A stretch of 64,000 bases of DNA from NCBI RefSeq assembly GCF_018977255.1, contig NW_024704743.1, forward strand, positions 35,466,001 through 35,530,000, in the 5' to 3' direction. The translations under genes were made by a program, and so were the position numbers. This document shows positions 50,101 to 62,696 of the stretch, piece by piece. Each line of letters begins with the position of its first letter. The first letter of the stretch is position 1. This stretch comes from Callorhinchus milii (taxonomy: Eukaryota). Below the pieces are notes generated by a model. The model did not search any database and was not told the DNA's origin. It saw only the letters and a program-made list of their open reading frames with translations.

Positions 50101-52647
50101 TTTGAAGAATTCTTAAAATGAAACATGAAGGCTCCTTCCCGTTCTATAGAGGTAAAGGCTTGTTCTGTGTTCTCAAAATGGGCAGCTTTAAACACATCAT
50201 TCTTTCAAAGTCCTTGTGTCATATTCTACATGTCTCAGCCTTTCTTGACACTTGTAGTTCCTGACAATTTGTCAGAGAGTCAACATCGTGTCAGTATATG
50301 AACCCAGTCTCCAAAATGGGACCTTCAAGTAAGTTTTGCTGCAATTTACAGGCAGCAAGAAAACAGTCATTGACAAAGGTCAAGAAGGTAATATTCAGTT
50401 CTTAAGCTGTCTAATTTACATGAGTCCCAGTTGCATTCCATTGGATGGCTTAACTTAATATAGTGAGTTAGTTGGCATGCATTAATAGAGAGAATGGAAT
50501 TCTTGCAGTTCAGCAGTAACAGAGTGATTCCCTTCACTCACTGCTGCTTATCAAGGGAGCCTTCAGAGAGGCGATTTTGCAAAGGTCAGTGAATTTACAG
50601 ACCTTGGCGGGCAGGAACATTACAATCTATTGGTCTTATCGACCTTCACAGAATCGCTTAAGTTATACGCAAGGTATTATCTAAGCGCCAGTTGTTGTTG
50701 AAGTACATATTTGTGTATATATGTATGAATGTGTGTGGGGTGGTGGTCGGGTGGGGGCTGCAATTCTTTTCCTTGTCTGTGGAGTACACTACTTTTACTT
50801 TTGCTCCTTCTGGAACCCATGAAACTGCCCTGTGGGCAAAGCATAGTTGGGTCTAATAAGCTTGGAATCTGAATCTTTACTGTGGATTGACAGGACATTC
50901 ATTTTTAAAACCTACATAGACAAAATCAGTCTATAACCTAAAATTAGAATTGTGTAGTTGTATTTTAGAACCAGGGTCCCTTGGGTCTTGTTAGTTCTCA
51001 ACAACCGGCAATGTGCATCAGAAAAATACCTGACATTTGCAAGGATTCCTTTCTTGTTTTTACACACCGAGGTGACTCTGGAGTCAGCTTTGTGCAAATA
51101 TTTGTTCGGAATAAACAATGTATGATGCCAGACCTCTGACTATGTATACGTGAACATTTTTCATTTAATTTTGATGCCTTATTAACGCTAATAGGTGCTA
51201 TGTTGCTTGCGGCACAAAGGACATCTTTCTGGAGCTGGGACCACAGTCTTGCTGAATGGTGAATTTTAGATTCCTTCAGTCTTAAAATATTTAACAAGTG
51301 TTAGATATCCTTGCCAGAAGTTTTTTTTTATTTTGTCCATGCTACTAGATGCTACTATACTTAGAAATTATTAATGCATATTTGTGCACATTTACCCAGT
51401 ATGCGACGCACCCTTGAAGCAGGTTTGTTTGGAGATTTATTTTTATAAATTCCACAAACCAAAACATGCCAGATGAAAAGTGTTACATTCTTGGGAACAG
51501 CTCAACTTCATGATGATCTTTTATTTAGTTTACCAGGTGTCTGACAGCCTCAGAAACCCATCGCCATGCTTAAGAGTCTTCAAGCTAAACTGCTGAGAGT
51601 TCCACATAGGTATGGAAATGTCCTTTTGTTGGTATGGAGGGATATATCCTGCTTACCTAATCCTGGAGAGTGCAGGAGCAGATTGACGAGAGCTAAAACG
51701 TGGTGACACAAGAGTGTGTGTTGAGGTATTGCTGGAATTTAACTAATTAAGTTTGCCATTGCAAACACTCAATTCTGGCTCCTTGTCTAGTTAGGACCCC
51801 CCTGTTGGTTAGAGTTTTGGCTTGCAGGGTTAGCAGGAGCACAATGGAAAGAATCCCAGTTTCCCTAACCCACCTTCCCCCCCAACCCCGAGGACAGTCA
51901 CTTGTGTGGAAAGTGTTGTTGGGTTTGGAAGCAATGTTCGTGATGGAGTTACCACTCTGATTTTGTTTAAAACAATGCTGTTACATCAGCAACTAACGAG
52001 AAAGCTGCAGTTGTAATAAACACATTTCAGAATTCATACAGGAACCGAGGATAGTTTTGCTGTATAAACTTACCAGCTTTCACTTGATGACCAACGTATT
52101 TAATGTAGATTGTGCATGGTTTCATGGTTCCTTTCATAGTTTACCTGCATGTTCCTTCATGTTCAGTAGTACATTACTCAGTGTTAACCAGCTACAGAAT
52201 TATTTGTACAGAACAAGGATTATCAGTCACCAAAGCACTGTTGATAAAGTGCTCACCCAGTGGGCCTGTCCAACTCTGCCCTGCACCATTCATCACCCAA
52301 CACTTCACCTTAAAATATGGTTTCTTAAATCAAACCGTGTTTGTGTTTGTTCAGAAATGAAATGCTAGTTTTACCATTCAGTTACCCTTTGTAAGACAGT
52401 CCACCAGTCTAACTAATGTCAAAATAATAAACTCCTACATGAGGTTGCTAACTGTTGCTAAGCAGAGCAAGCTGTGTGGAGCTGCAGGAATGCCACATGC
52501 TAATGCTTGCGGTGGTCTCTCAGTGTCGCAACTGTACTTGCTGGATTGTACAGTGAGTTTAAAAAAATTCTTGTGTCATGCATGTTTTGTAGGTGGTTTA
52601 TGGTAAGTTCATCTCTCTTATATTAAAGCTATTGAACTTCTAAGGGA

Positions 52648-52782
52648 GTAATAATAATAATCCTTGCTTTTGATATAGCACTTTATCACGTCTTCGAGAC
52701 ATCTCAAAGCGCTTCACAGAATACACTGTAAAGTGAATTGACTATATTTTATGGGCGAAATGCATCAGCCAATTGCGCACAG
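52648..52782 (-). mobile_element. SINE 3' half
   Basis: (TAA)n tail and CAGCCAATTGCGCACAG block. Confidence 0.8.
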
Positions 52783-53329
52783 TATTGAGTATTGGGTAGG
52801 AGGGGGTTGGCACACTATTGTTTTGCCTAGGGTGTCAGATTGTCTTGAGAAGTCTCTGCCCCTCAGCTTCCACCCTTAACTTGGGTGCCCATCCGGCATT
52901 GTCAAGCACTTTGAGATTTCCTCATGGCGTGAAAGCTACTGTATACATGTAAATTTGTATTGTTTTGTAATGTAACTCACAAAAAGTTATATTGAGGTAC
53001 AGTGGATGTCTGCTGTCTTATATTCAATTCTTATGGAACAATAATAGTAAATTATTACAGTAGGGAAAATATCATTTTATATTAAACACCGATTCTGTAG
53101 AATCCGCTGGCACAAGGTCTCTAAATTTAATCTGTCAAACAGAAGGATGAACATGAGCACACTGAATTTTCAGATGTCTGTTCCACCAACAATGAACCTG
53201 TCAGCCATCAACACACACTGGAGTCCAACATGTAGTGATCTGTAAAACAATTTCTAAATATTGAACTCCAGATGTGTCTCATTACAACACCACTCAATGC
53301 TGATCTGAGCCAATCTCCTGCTGATTTCT

Positions 53330-53700
53330 GGAAAAAATGACTGAAAGTGCAGTTGAAAAGATATATCTTAAGGTGGGTTTTAAAGGCTGAGAGGCAGAAG
53401 CTGAGGCAGATGGACTCCGAGGCTAGATTTCCAGAGTGTGTGGGCTGAATGGCAGAAAGCTTGCTCACTGATGGTGGAGTGGATCAGGTGGGATATGAAG
53501 CAGGTTGCTGTACCTGAGTGGAGGAATTGGCAAGCTTGATAGGAGGTCACAGGGGTAAGGTTGTTGGGGGATTTGAAAGTGAGGACAAGAATTTTGTACA
53601 CAATCAGTGTATATGGATCTATTCTCATAAGGCACAATACCTGTGTAATCTGGTGCCCTCCACATTGATCTCCAAAGTTCACCATCACCAAGGATTACAA
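53330..53700 (-). mobile_element. L2 LINE 3' fragment
   Basis: YKILVLTFKS and AFKTHLKIYLF motifs. Confidence 0.75.
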
Positions 53701-53834
53701 AGTTTCCCCTCCAAAGATTTGATAATGGTTACTTCACAACATTTTTAGGATGCACTTTGAGACTTTTCAATATTGTGATAAGGTCCTATATATATTGTAA
53801 GGATCATGATTATCATTGTCAGTTAGTTGAAGTT

Positions 53835-54972
53835 GTAAGCAAAATAGAAGCCCACGGTATTAAAGGGACAGTGGCAGCATGGATACAGAACCGCCTGGAA
53901 GACAGAAAGCAGAGAGTGGTGGTGAATGGTTGTTTTCATGACTGGAGGGAAGTGTGCAGTGGTGTCCCCAAGGGGTTAGTATTGGGACCACTGCTGTTTT
54001 TGATCTATATAAATGACTTGGACTTGGGTATAGGGAGTACAATTTCCAAGTTTGCAGATGATACCAAGCTAGGAAAAGTAATAAACAGTGAGGAGGATAG
54101 TAGCAGCCTGCAAGAGGACATAGACAGACTCGTTAAATGAGCAGACATGTGGCAGATGAAGTTTAATGTGGAGAAATGCGAAATGATGCATTTTGGGAGG
54201 AAGAATGAGGAGAGGCAATATAAGCTGATGGTACAATCTTAAAGGGGGTGAAGGAACAGAGAGAGCTGGGGGTTCATATAAATAAATCTTTGAATGTGGC
54301 AGGACAGGCAGATAAAGCTGTTAGAAGAAAGCACACGGGGATACTAATCTTATTATAAATAGGGGCATAGAATACAAAAATCAGGAAGTTATGATGAACC
54401 TTTATAAAACACTGGTTAGGCCTCAGCTGGAGTACTGTGTTCAGTTCTGGGCACCACACTTTATGTCAAGGCATTGGAGAGGGTGCACAGGAGATTTACC
54501 AGGATTGTACCAGGAATGAGGGACTTCAGTTATCAGGAGAGGCGAGAGAAACAAGGATTATTCTCCTTGGAGCAGAGAAGGTTAAGAGGAGTCTTAATAG
54601 AAGTTTTCAAAATTATGAGGGGATTCAAAAGGGTGAACAAGGAGAAACTATTTCCACTGGCGGGTGGGTTGGTAACCCGAGGGCACAGATTTAAAATAGT
54701 TGTTAAAAGAAACAGAGGGGAGGTGAGGATAAATGTTTTCACACAGCGAGTTGTTTGGATCTGGAATGCATTGCCTGAAAGGGTGATGGAACCTGATTCA
54801 ATAACAACTTTTAAGAGAGAAGTAGTTAATTATTTGGGGAGGAAAAGTTTGCAGGGCTATGGGGAGAGAGCAGGGGAATAGGATTGATTTAGATAGCTCT
54901 TTTCAAAGAGCTAACTCAGATACGAGGGCGGAATGGCCTCCTTCTGTGCTGTATAATTCTATGATTCCATGA
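53835..54972 (+). mobile_element. CR1 LINE ORF2 3' portion, relatively young
   Basis: SGVPKGLVLGPLLFLIYINDLD and ISKFADDTKL; tail TTCTATGATTCCATGA. Confidence 0.95.
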
Positions 54973-56164
54973 GGTCTGGGCACCCACTATCTAATGACGT
55001 CTGAGTACTCTGGGTCCATCCAATAGGAGCAGTGGTGATTTGATTCATGTGAAATTCTTGTCCTAATACACTTGATGTTTATTTTAATATCTAAATGTAA
55101 CTATTTTCACATTTACAGTTTTGCCTTATTTAGATTTACATAGGCTGTACAGCGCACAATAGGCCATTTGGCCTAATCATGCCACTGTTTATACTCCACT
55201 TGAGTCTCTACGCACTCCTTACTCCCTCCCATACCCTTCTATTCCTTGTTTTCCACATTATTTAATACATCTTCTTTCTTGCTATTTGACACATAATATG
55301 GATTGATATCCTGTTGTCCTACTGTACAATAATGTAGCTCCTTCAACTTGGCTTTGCTGTTACAAGTGCAAAAGAGACAATTTAACTCAGCTGCCTTGTG
55401 GAACCTTTATTAACCTTCAAAGCAAAGCCAATCCTAGGTCCAGTCCCTAGTAACATTTTCCCCCAGGAGTAAAAAAAGTTAAAATGGTGACCTTGATGGG
55501 CACGGCTCAAATTCATATCCCAAAATTTCTGACTCCATGTCCTCTAGCACTGTACTGAAGCACACTCTGGGCTCAGTAGAAAATCTGACTGCACCACATG
55601 GACTCACAAGAGAGTCTCACATCCTCCACAGAGGCAAATCCTCCAATTCACACACTACCAACTTAATAAAAAGTGCAGACTGGCTAAATTAGACACAGTT
55701 TGAGTAGAATAATACACTTTGTTGAAACTAGGAAATGGAAAAGGCTTACTTCATTTGTTACAATTCAGTAATTGAGTTGCTCCTTCATTAAACCTTGCTG
55801 CGCCACATTCACAAACATACAGCAAGCTTGTTTTTTTCCAATACGCAGAAATACACGAGGGATGGTTGTAAAACTGAAGGAACAAATCCTGTTTTAAGTG
55901 CTTGGTATTTCATCTTTATAAGCTGCTACAATAAAGACGCATTTATGCTGCTGCTGCTGATTTGATCAGAATGGAGCAATGCGAGAGGGGGTTATACTGA
56001 GCAGAGCTCTATGAGCCAGTGCCTCTCCACTGGAATACTGCCTATGTGGGAGAAGAGTGAGTGACCCAATTAAGGTGCTCCAGTGAAGTACCCAACATAA
56101 GAGAAAAGAAAAGGGAGTTTCTCTCAGTGACCTGGCCAACAATCCTCCAAATACAATTGGTCAT

Positions 56165-56694
56165 GGAAAACATAGAAAACATAGAAACATAGAAATAGGA
56201 GTAAGCTATTCAGTCCCTGAAGCCTGTTCCGCCATTTTATAAGATCATGGCTGATCTGTACCTCAAGTCCAATTACTCTCCCTTGCCCCATATCCCTTAA
56301 TACCCTGACCTAACAAATATGTATCTACCTCCGTCTTGAAAATGTGAATGGATCCAGCATCCATAGCCTTTTGGAAGAGAGTGTTCCAGATTTCCATTAT
56401 CCTTTGGGTGAAAACTGCCTCCTAATTTCACTCTTAAATAGCTTAGCTCTAATCTGAAGACGATGCCCCCTTGTTCTGGATTTCCCTACCAGAGGAAATA
56501 GTTTCTCTGTATCTACCCTATCAAATCCCTTTATTATTTTAAAAACCTCAATCAGATCAGCTCTCAACCTTCTAATCTCAAGGGAATAGAGACCGTGGTT
56601 AGGCACCTGTCATCATAATTTAAGCCTTTAAGCCTTGGTATCCGTCTGGTGAATCTGCGCTGCATCCCCTCCAGAACCAATATATCCTTCCTGA
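56165..56694 (-). mobile_element. CR1 3' fragment inserted into a DeuSINE (56110-56850), flanked by GGTCAT direct repeats
   Basis: LYSLEIRRLRADLIEVFKI motif; (TTTCTATG)n tail; ggtcat at 56159-56164 and 56695-56700. Confidence 0.85.
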
Positions 56695-57184
56695 GGTCAT
56701 TCACTTCATGGCTGTTTGTGGAACATTGCTGTGTGCAAATAGACTGCCGAGTTCTCCTACGAATACACAGTCACTCCGCTTTACAGTAAATCCTGGGAGG
56801 CACTTTAAGACATCTCTCACATGAAATCAAATACAAGGATTATTATATAACACCTTCAACATAAATTTTTCATTCATGTAAAGTGAAACATGATGGAGGG
56901 GGGTTCTATCATGTGCAAACCATGTGCAAACGTGTATCATGGTACATGAAAAAGATTTGTTGTTAATGAGATCATTAAGTCCATCTGTAATTCCCTCTGC
57001 AGTTGGGGGATGACGTATGGTTTACAGAGATGCATAATACGCACCACTATGAACCCACCTTTTGCTAAACTGCAGACACTATATTTGACATAAAACCTGT
57101 TGTTAAATTGGTTTGTAACTCATTGTAAAATATGTGAATGGAATTTTTTTACAATAATGGTACATCATGGTACATCATCTACGT

Positions 57185-57398
57185 CAATAGTGGTGACCCA
57201 TGGCCCTCAAGGGAGTCAAGAAGTGGCCTGCTAGACATTCGTACCAGTCTAGGTAAGTCTGTGATAAATCAATACTGTACAGTATTTTGTTTCCAATAGC
57301 TACCAAGTGGTAATATTTATGGTGTGGCCATAAATCAAGAAATATTCAATCAAGAAAAATGTATTTGGTTGGCCAATCAAAAATGTTGGTCACCACTG
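57185..57398. mobile_element. hAT MITE (214 bp)
   Basis: Ends CA[ATA]GTGGTGACCCA ... GTTGGTCACCACTG; flanks atctacgt/atctactt (7/8 match, 8-bp TSD). Confidence 0.75.
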
Positions 57399-59035
57399 AT
57401 CTACTTCTTTTCTCATATTCCTATTTATATCTTTTGTTGAAAAGAAAATTCCATGGCTGCTTTAAACTTTCATAGTGCTATGTGCAAGTCTCAGTACAAT
57501 TATACCTTACGTAAAACTCTTCAGGCATAGTTCTTTATTTCATAACTATTAACCCTGATGTGCATCTCCAATATGCATCATTACACTCTAGAAAATGACA
57601 ATTTCTTTGCCTTCTTTGCCTTGTATTCTTTTTACTCCACATTGGGAATTATTGCAATTTAGCAAATTGATTTGGATGATCAAGAAACATGATCTGGATT
57701 GGTACAGATATTAAAAAACAATAGGAAGGGTGTTGGGTGGATGGGTAGATGGTTCCTTGAATGAGTAAACACATCCAACTGCGCAATAGGAGTTTCTATG
57801 TTCTATGACAGTGAGGCGCAAAATCAGTACGTTTATGGTGCCACCTTACTGGCCAACTGAATGGTGCCCAAATCTGTCCCACTACAAAAGGACTGCTCCA
57901 TCTGTCCGTGTATCTTCCAGTATGGCTGCCAACCAGATACTTACAAAGATTTACAAAGAATGTACAGCACACGAACAAGCCACTCAGCCAACCAGTCCTT
58001 GCCAATGTCTATACTCCACACAAGTTTCCACCGACTCCTTACTCTCTCCTGTAACCTTCTATTCCCCTCTCCTTCATGTGAAGGTCTAGCTTCCTCTTGA
58101 ATGCATTTAGTTATCCAATTCTTTATTGGAGGAAATAATCAACACAACATAAACTAGAAGTCTGTCCTATGTAACTACTACTCTTGCTAATCTCTAGCCT
58201 CACTTGAAGCTTGTTAATTTCAAATCTATGTCCTCTGTGCCTCTCAGGATTTTAAAGCTCTACATCACGTTTTCTTGCCCTCTCAATCTTCATTTCTTCA
58301 GCTTAATGTATTTGTCATTCCTACAGTTCACTCCAGTAGCAGAATCTCAAACCAAGCTCTGTGTGTGGACTGTCCTGGTGAGATTTTGAAGTGGTTGACG
58401 GTTGAGGAATAAATGAATCTCTTTATTGGCTCCACACTGTACACGGATAGCACACATTCAGCGTCCTGCACAACCCACTCTGACAGCTCACTTCACACAG
58501 GCTTAAATGGTTTTACTTTACATTAAATATTAGATCAAATTTAAAATGGCCTGCATGTGCATAGGTGTCAAGAAATAGAAAGAAATAGAATTTTAAGCAC
58601 TTAAACCAAAACAATTGCCAGATACTGAAATTCAGATTCTGAAATGCTCTGTTCACAATAAAATGTCAATATTTCACTTACTCTTTACCTAGAGGGTAAG
58701 CTATATCCTCATCCCTACTTTTATTCAACAGTATAAGTTTCCATCATTTTGTATTCAAATGTTTCCAGATCTTGGGCTCTAATTTACGGGTTGGGTTAAC
58801 CATGGGCAATGGGGAAACTACAGGCTCCCTTAATTACATAATTGACAACTAATGAAAAGGATTCCAGGTTATTCTGTGATACATTTTTCATTGTTTTTTA
58901 ATTATTTAATTAAGGCACTTGTTATTCCCTCTACATACTTCCACATAGTTTATATATCCTTTGTTCATTGCATTCCAATGGGAGAAAGACACCTTACGAG
59001 ACTATTCTTAGGACCTGAAAAAGAAATGCAAAGGG

Positions 59036-59411
59036 TAATAATAATAATAATCCTTGTATTCGATATAGCGCCTTATCACATCTTCAAGACGTCTCAAAGC
59101 ATTTCACAGAATATACTGTCCAGTGAATTGACTGTATATTTTGTGGGCGAAACACGGCAGCCAATTGCACACAGCAGTGTCTCACAAATAGTAGTGGATT
59201 GAGTGACCAATTTATTATTATTTTTACAATAAATTTTTATAACCTGGAAAAGCAATCCACCAATCGACTAACAATCGGGTTCCTACTTACTGTTAGGTAA
59301 ACAGAGGCATGCGAAGTAAGGAAATTGTCCAACGTTTCGCCCTGCCGGGAATCGAACCCAGGTCACTCGCTTGCAAGGCGAGTGCTCTAACCACTGAGCT
59401 ACAGGACTCCA
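59036..59411 (-). mobile_element. tRNA(Ala)-derived SINE, long form, full length
   Basis: Head + GCCTCTGTTTACCTAACAGTAAGTAGG block + Deu-like block + (TTA)n tail. Confidence 0.9.
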
Positions 59412-60501
59412 TGGTCAAGTCCGATTCGATAACTACTATTAAAAACGCGGTGGACAGGTATTTGAAGAGGACGGGTTTGCAGGGTTATGGGGAAAAGGCT
59501 GGGAAGTGGGATTGACATTAATTGCTCTATTCAAAGAGCCGGCACAAACTCGATGGGCTGAATGGTCTCTTTTTGTGCTGTATGATTCTATGAAGAAAAC
59601 ATGGTGATAATAAAAATACATCATTGGGTGAAATTTATGGTTTCATAACAGATTCGACATGATTCAAATTGGTACCTTGTGAACCATCAATGAAATTCCT
59701 CAGATGGCAACCGTACCAGTGGTAACAAAAATTGTGGTATTAAAATCTTCAAACCAGTTTTGAGCCTAAACACTGTGCCAAAAACAGGAGACAGCGATGT
59801 CACGTTGTGGGCACTCTATAGCACTACATCGGAAATTGCGATGAGTCTTAATAGATTCCATGTGAATAGTATCCATCTATTCTATTAATCTGGTAAGGAA
59901 CACTGCAATTCCTTCCCCCCCTCCACCCCGCATGTGATGTTTTTGTACAAATCTGATAAGGAATTAGTTCCAACAATTGCTTGCAGTTCTCTGAGTGCAT
60001 TAATATTTGTTACATCTGCTCAAGTTATTCTGGTATTTATAATAATAACCCTTGCATTTAATATAGCATTTTATCACATACTTCCAGTTTGTTCTTTCCA
60101 ATTTCCACTTTGATCTTTCCATCAATAAAACTTCCTTTCATTTAAAACGTTTAACTGGGGAAAGTCAGACAGAAGATAAACAACTGGACAACTCAAAGCT
60201 TCTGAATAACCTTTAAAACCAGCCGGAGAAAGTATCATTATCCAGCAACTTCAGATCAGCTTGTGGTGAATCCTATACTGCTGTCAAGCAACCTTCTTTT
60301 GTTTCAAAGTGTATTTAGCCTTTGGTCTCTCCAGGCTATGTAGTAGCTGTCGGCAAGAGCGGTTAGATGGTTTACTTGCAGGCCTTTGTCGATGATGAGC
60401 TGGCTACTAGGAAGTTCCTGATGATATTTCTCATTTCAATTTTCCTATCTTTTAAAGCAGCACCTCTGGCCTGTGGTTGGCATCTCTGCACCACAAAGGT
60501 G

Positions 60502-60915
60502 TCAGCTTGGCTCAGTTGGTAGCACTTTTACCTCGAAGTCAGAAGGTTGTAGGCTCAAGCCCCATGTCAGGACTTTGAGCTCATAGTCCAGGCTGATACT
60601 CCAAAGTAGCACTTGGCAAGCACTATTTAAACTACTATTGTTTGGATTAGACATTAAATCGAGGGGTCTGTTAAGGTGCACGGAGCAGAATCCCAAGGGG
60701 CTATCCTAAAAGATTTTGTCCCTGTATCTTGGCCAACAATTCCCCAAATAAAACTGATCATTCACATCATGTCTGTTTATAGGACACTGCTGTTCAAAAA
60801 CTGTCTGCCACATTCACCTACAAATATACAGTGATTAGAGTAAATCCAATGAACCATTTTGAGACATTACAATAATGTGATAGGGCTCTACATCAAACGG
60901 TGGGATGATTTTTAC
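60502..60915 (+). mobile_element. DeuSINE (SacSINE1-like)
   Basis: GGCTCAGTTGGTAGCACT..AGTCAGAAGGTTG head and Deu-like body. Confidence 0.75.
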
Positions 60916-61319
60916 TATAATAGGCTGAGATTCAGTGAGATGGGGGATTCAAAGTTTCATGTGCAGTGAAAGGTACAGAAATAGCTTTGGTAGTTTTGCA
61001 ATAATTTGTGGGATCTTAAAACTCAATTGCAGAAAACAAGAACCATGTAAATACAGAAAGAGGCAATATTGCATTCAAATTAATTTTATTAGTAGGTGAT
61101 AGAATAATATGCACACCAAAAGAATAAATGCTGTAGCACAGGATATAACCTCACCAGCTATTCACTAAAACTCTGATGTACCACTGTTGCTCTTGCAACC
61201 CATGTCCTTTGTGGCATTTGTTTGAATACAGAAGTCATATAAACCTCGCCACAACATGCCTTCAAAGAAAGTCTCATTGAGTCTTATAGGAACTCATGTA
61301 TACGAGGCATAATAGCAAA

Positions 61320-61800
61320 AGGTTGAGAGGAGACCCGATAAAGGTTTAAAATTATGAGGGGTTTTGTTAAAGCCAATTACTACTGCTCAGAGTCGGTTAC
61401 TGAAAAATATAGATTAAAGGTAATAAAAGAACAAATGGAAGGGTTAGCAATTTTTTTAAAAAAATTTTTTTTACACACAAATGGAATTTAGGACATGGAA
61501 TGCCCTAGCTTGAACTATGGTTGAGGCAGAATCCATCTTAGCTTTTAAGAGGGAATTAGCAAAATATCTGAAAGGGAAAAATATAAAAGGGTGCAGAAAA
61601 AAAAATAGGAGAGTGAGCCTCAATAATTGTGCCAGATTACATTATTAATACGACTTAATTTGCTATATTTTGCAACAGGATTCCTTAGTTAAGAATCTAA
61701 ACAGCGCAAATGGGAACTCCCTCTGATCATTCTCTTTCAGAGAGCAGGCACACACACAATGAGTTGAATGGTCTCTTCTGTGTAGTTTGGTTCTGTGGTA
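61320..61800 (+). mobile_element. Decayed CR1 3' fragments, antisense to the F13A1 3' UTR/flank
   Basis: AGGTTGAGAGGAGACC..TTTAAAATTATGAGGGG, TGGAATGCCC and CR1 3' UTR-like end. Confidence 0.7.
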
Positions 61801-61904
61801 TACCATTGAGAAATACAGCAAATTAGACCCTGTTTGCATTCATTTTCTCCTTAGAGCTAAGCTTTATGTCACAAAAAGTTATTGTTTTTTTCCTTCTTCC
61901 TTCA

Positions 61905-62043
61905 CTAAATAATGGTTAGCCATAACTCTCCAACAACCTGTCTCAGCAAGTTACAGTCCAGGCTAGCAACCAGCTTCCGGGGACCATGCTTCCATGGCAC
62001 AAAGACGTCACTAGTGGTCAGAGTCCCATTCTGAAGGATGATA
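61905..62043 (-). CDS. F13A1: Factor XIII A last coding exon (S-IILQNGTLTTSDVFVPWKHGPRKLVASLDCNLLRQVVGELWLTII*)
   Basis: Manual translation. Acceptor ctttttccattgcag; phase 2 joins AG|T=Ser. PW..G.RKL.AS....LR.V.GEL matches the recalled F13A C-terminus. The TAG stop is followed directly by TGA. Confidence 0.88.
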
Positions 62044-62440
62044 CTGCAATGGAAAAAGCAGTTTATTGTGAGATAAAACAGATCTGATGGCCGCGCTTTC
62101 AGTCACTACGCTCCGAAACTCGGGAACCCTCTCCCTCTATCTCTCAGCCTTGCCCTCTCCTTCACCACCTTCAGATTGTGCCTGAAGACCTTTCTCTTCG
62201 ATCGTGCCTACAAGTCACTTGTCCCTTCCTTCAGCTCGGCGTCATACTCCGCCACTGTCAAGCTCTCTGAGACTCTACACTGCATGAGGGGCACTATATA
62301 AATGCAAGATCTTCTTGCACACATCAACAAGAAGTTGCAAATATAATAATCAATCTTGGTTATAATCTAACATAGCCAAGGTTACTACAATTAAAACCAC
62401 CCGGAACCTCTACCCAACCTTCTCTTAATTGGCCGTGTGT

Positions 62441-62690
62441 CAGCCCAGCTTAGTTGGTAGCACTCTCTCCTCTGAGTCAGGAGTTTATAGATTCAAGCCT
62501 CACATTGGGGCTTTGAACTTCATCTAGGCTGACACTCCCATGCAGCGTTCAGAGAATGTTGCATTGTTAGAGGTGTTGTCCTTCGAATGAAACAATAAAC
62601 CAAGGCCCTGCCTGCCTGTTCATGTGGACATTAAAATCCCATTCGGAAAGAGAAGAGAATTTCTCCCTGGCTAACAATCTCCCAGATAAA
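62441..62690 (+). mobile_element. DeuSINE (SacSINE1-like) 5' part in the last F13A1 intron
   Basis: Colinear with the 40502 and 60502 copies. Confidence 0.75.
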
Positions 62691-62696
62691 CCTGGT

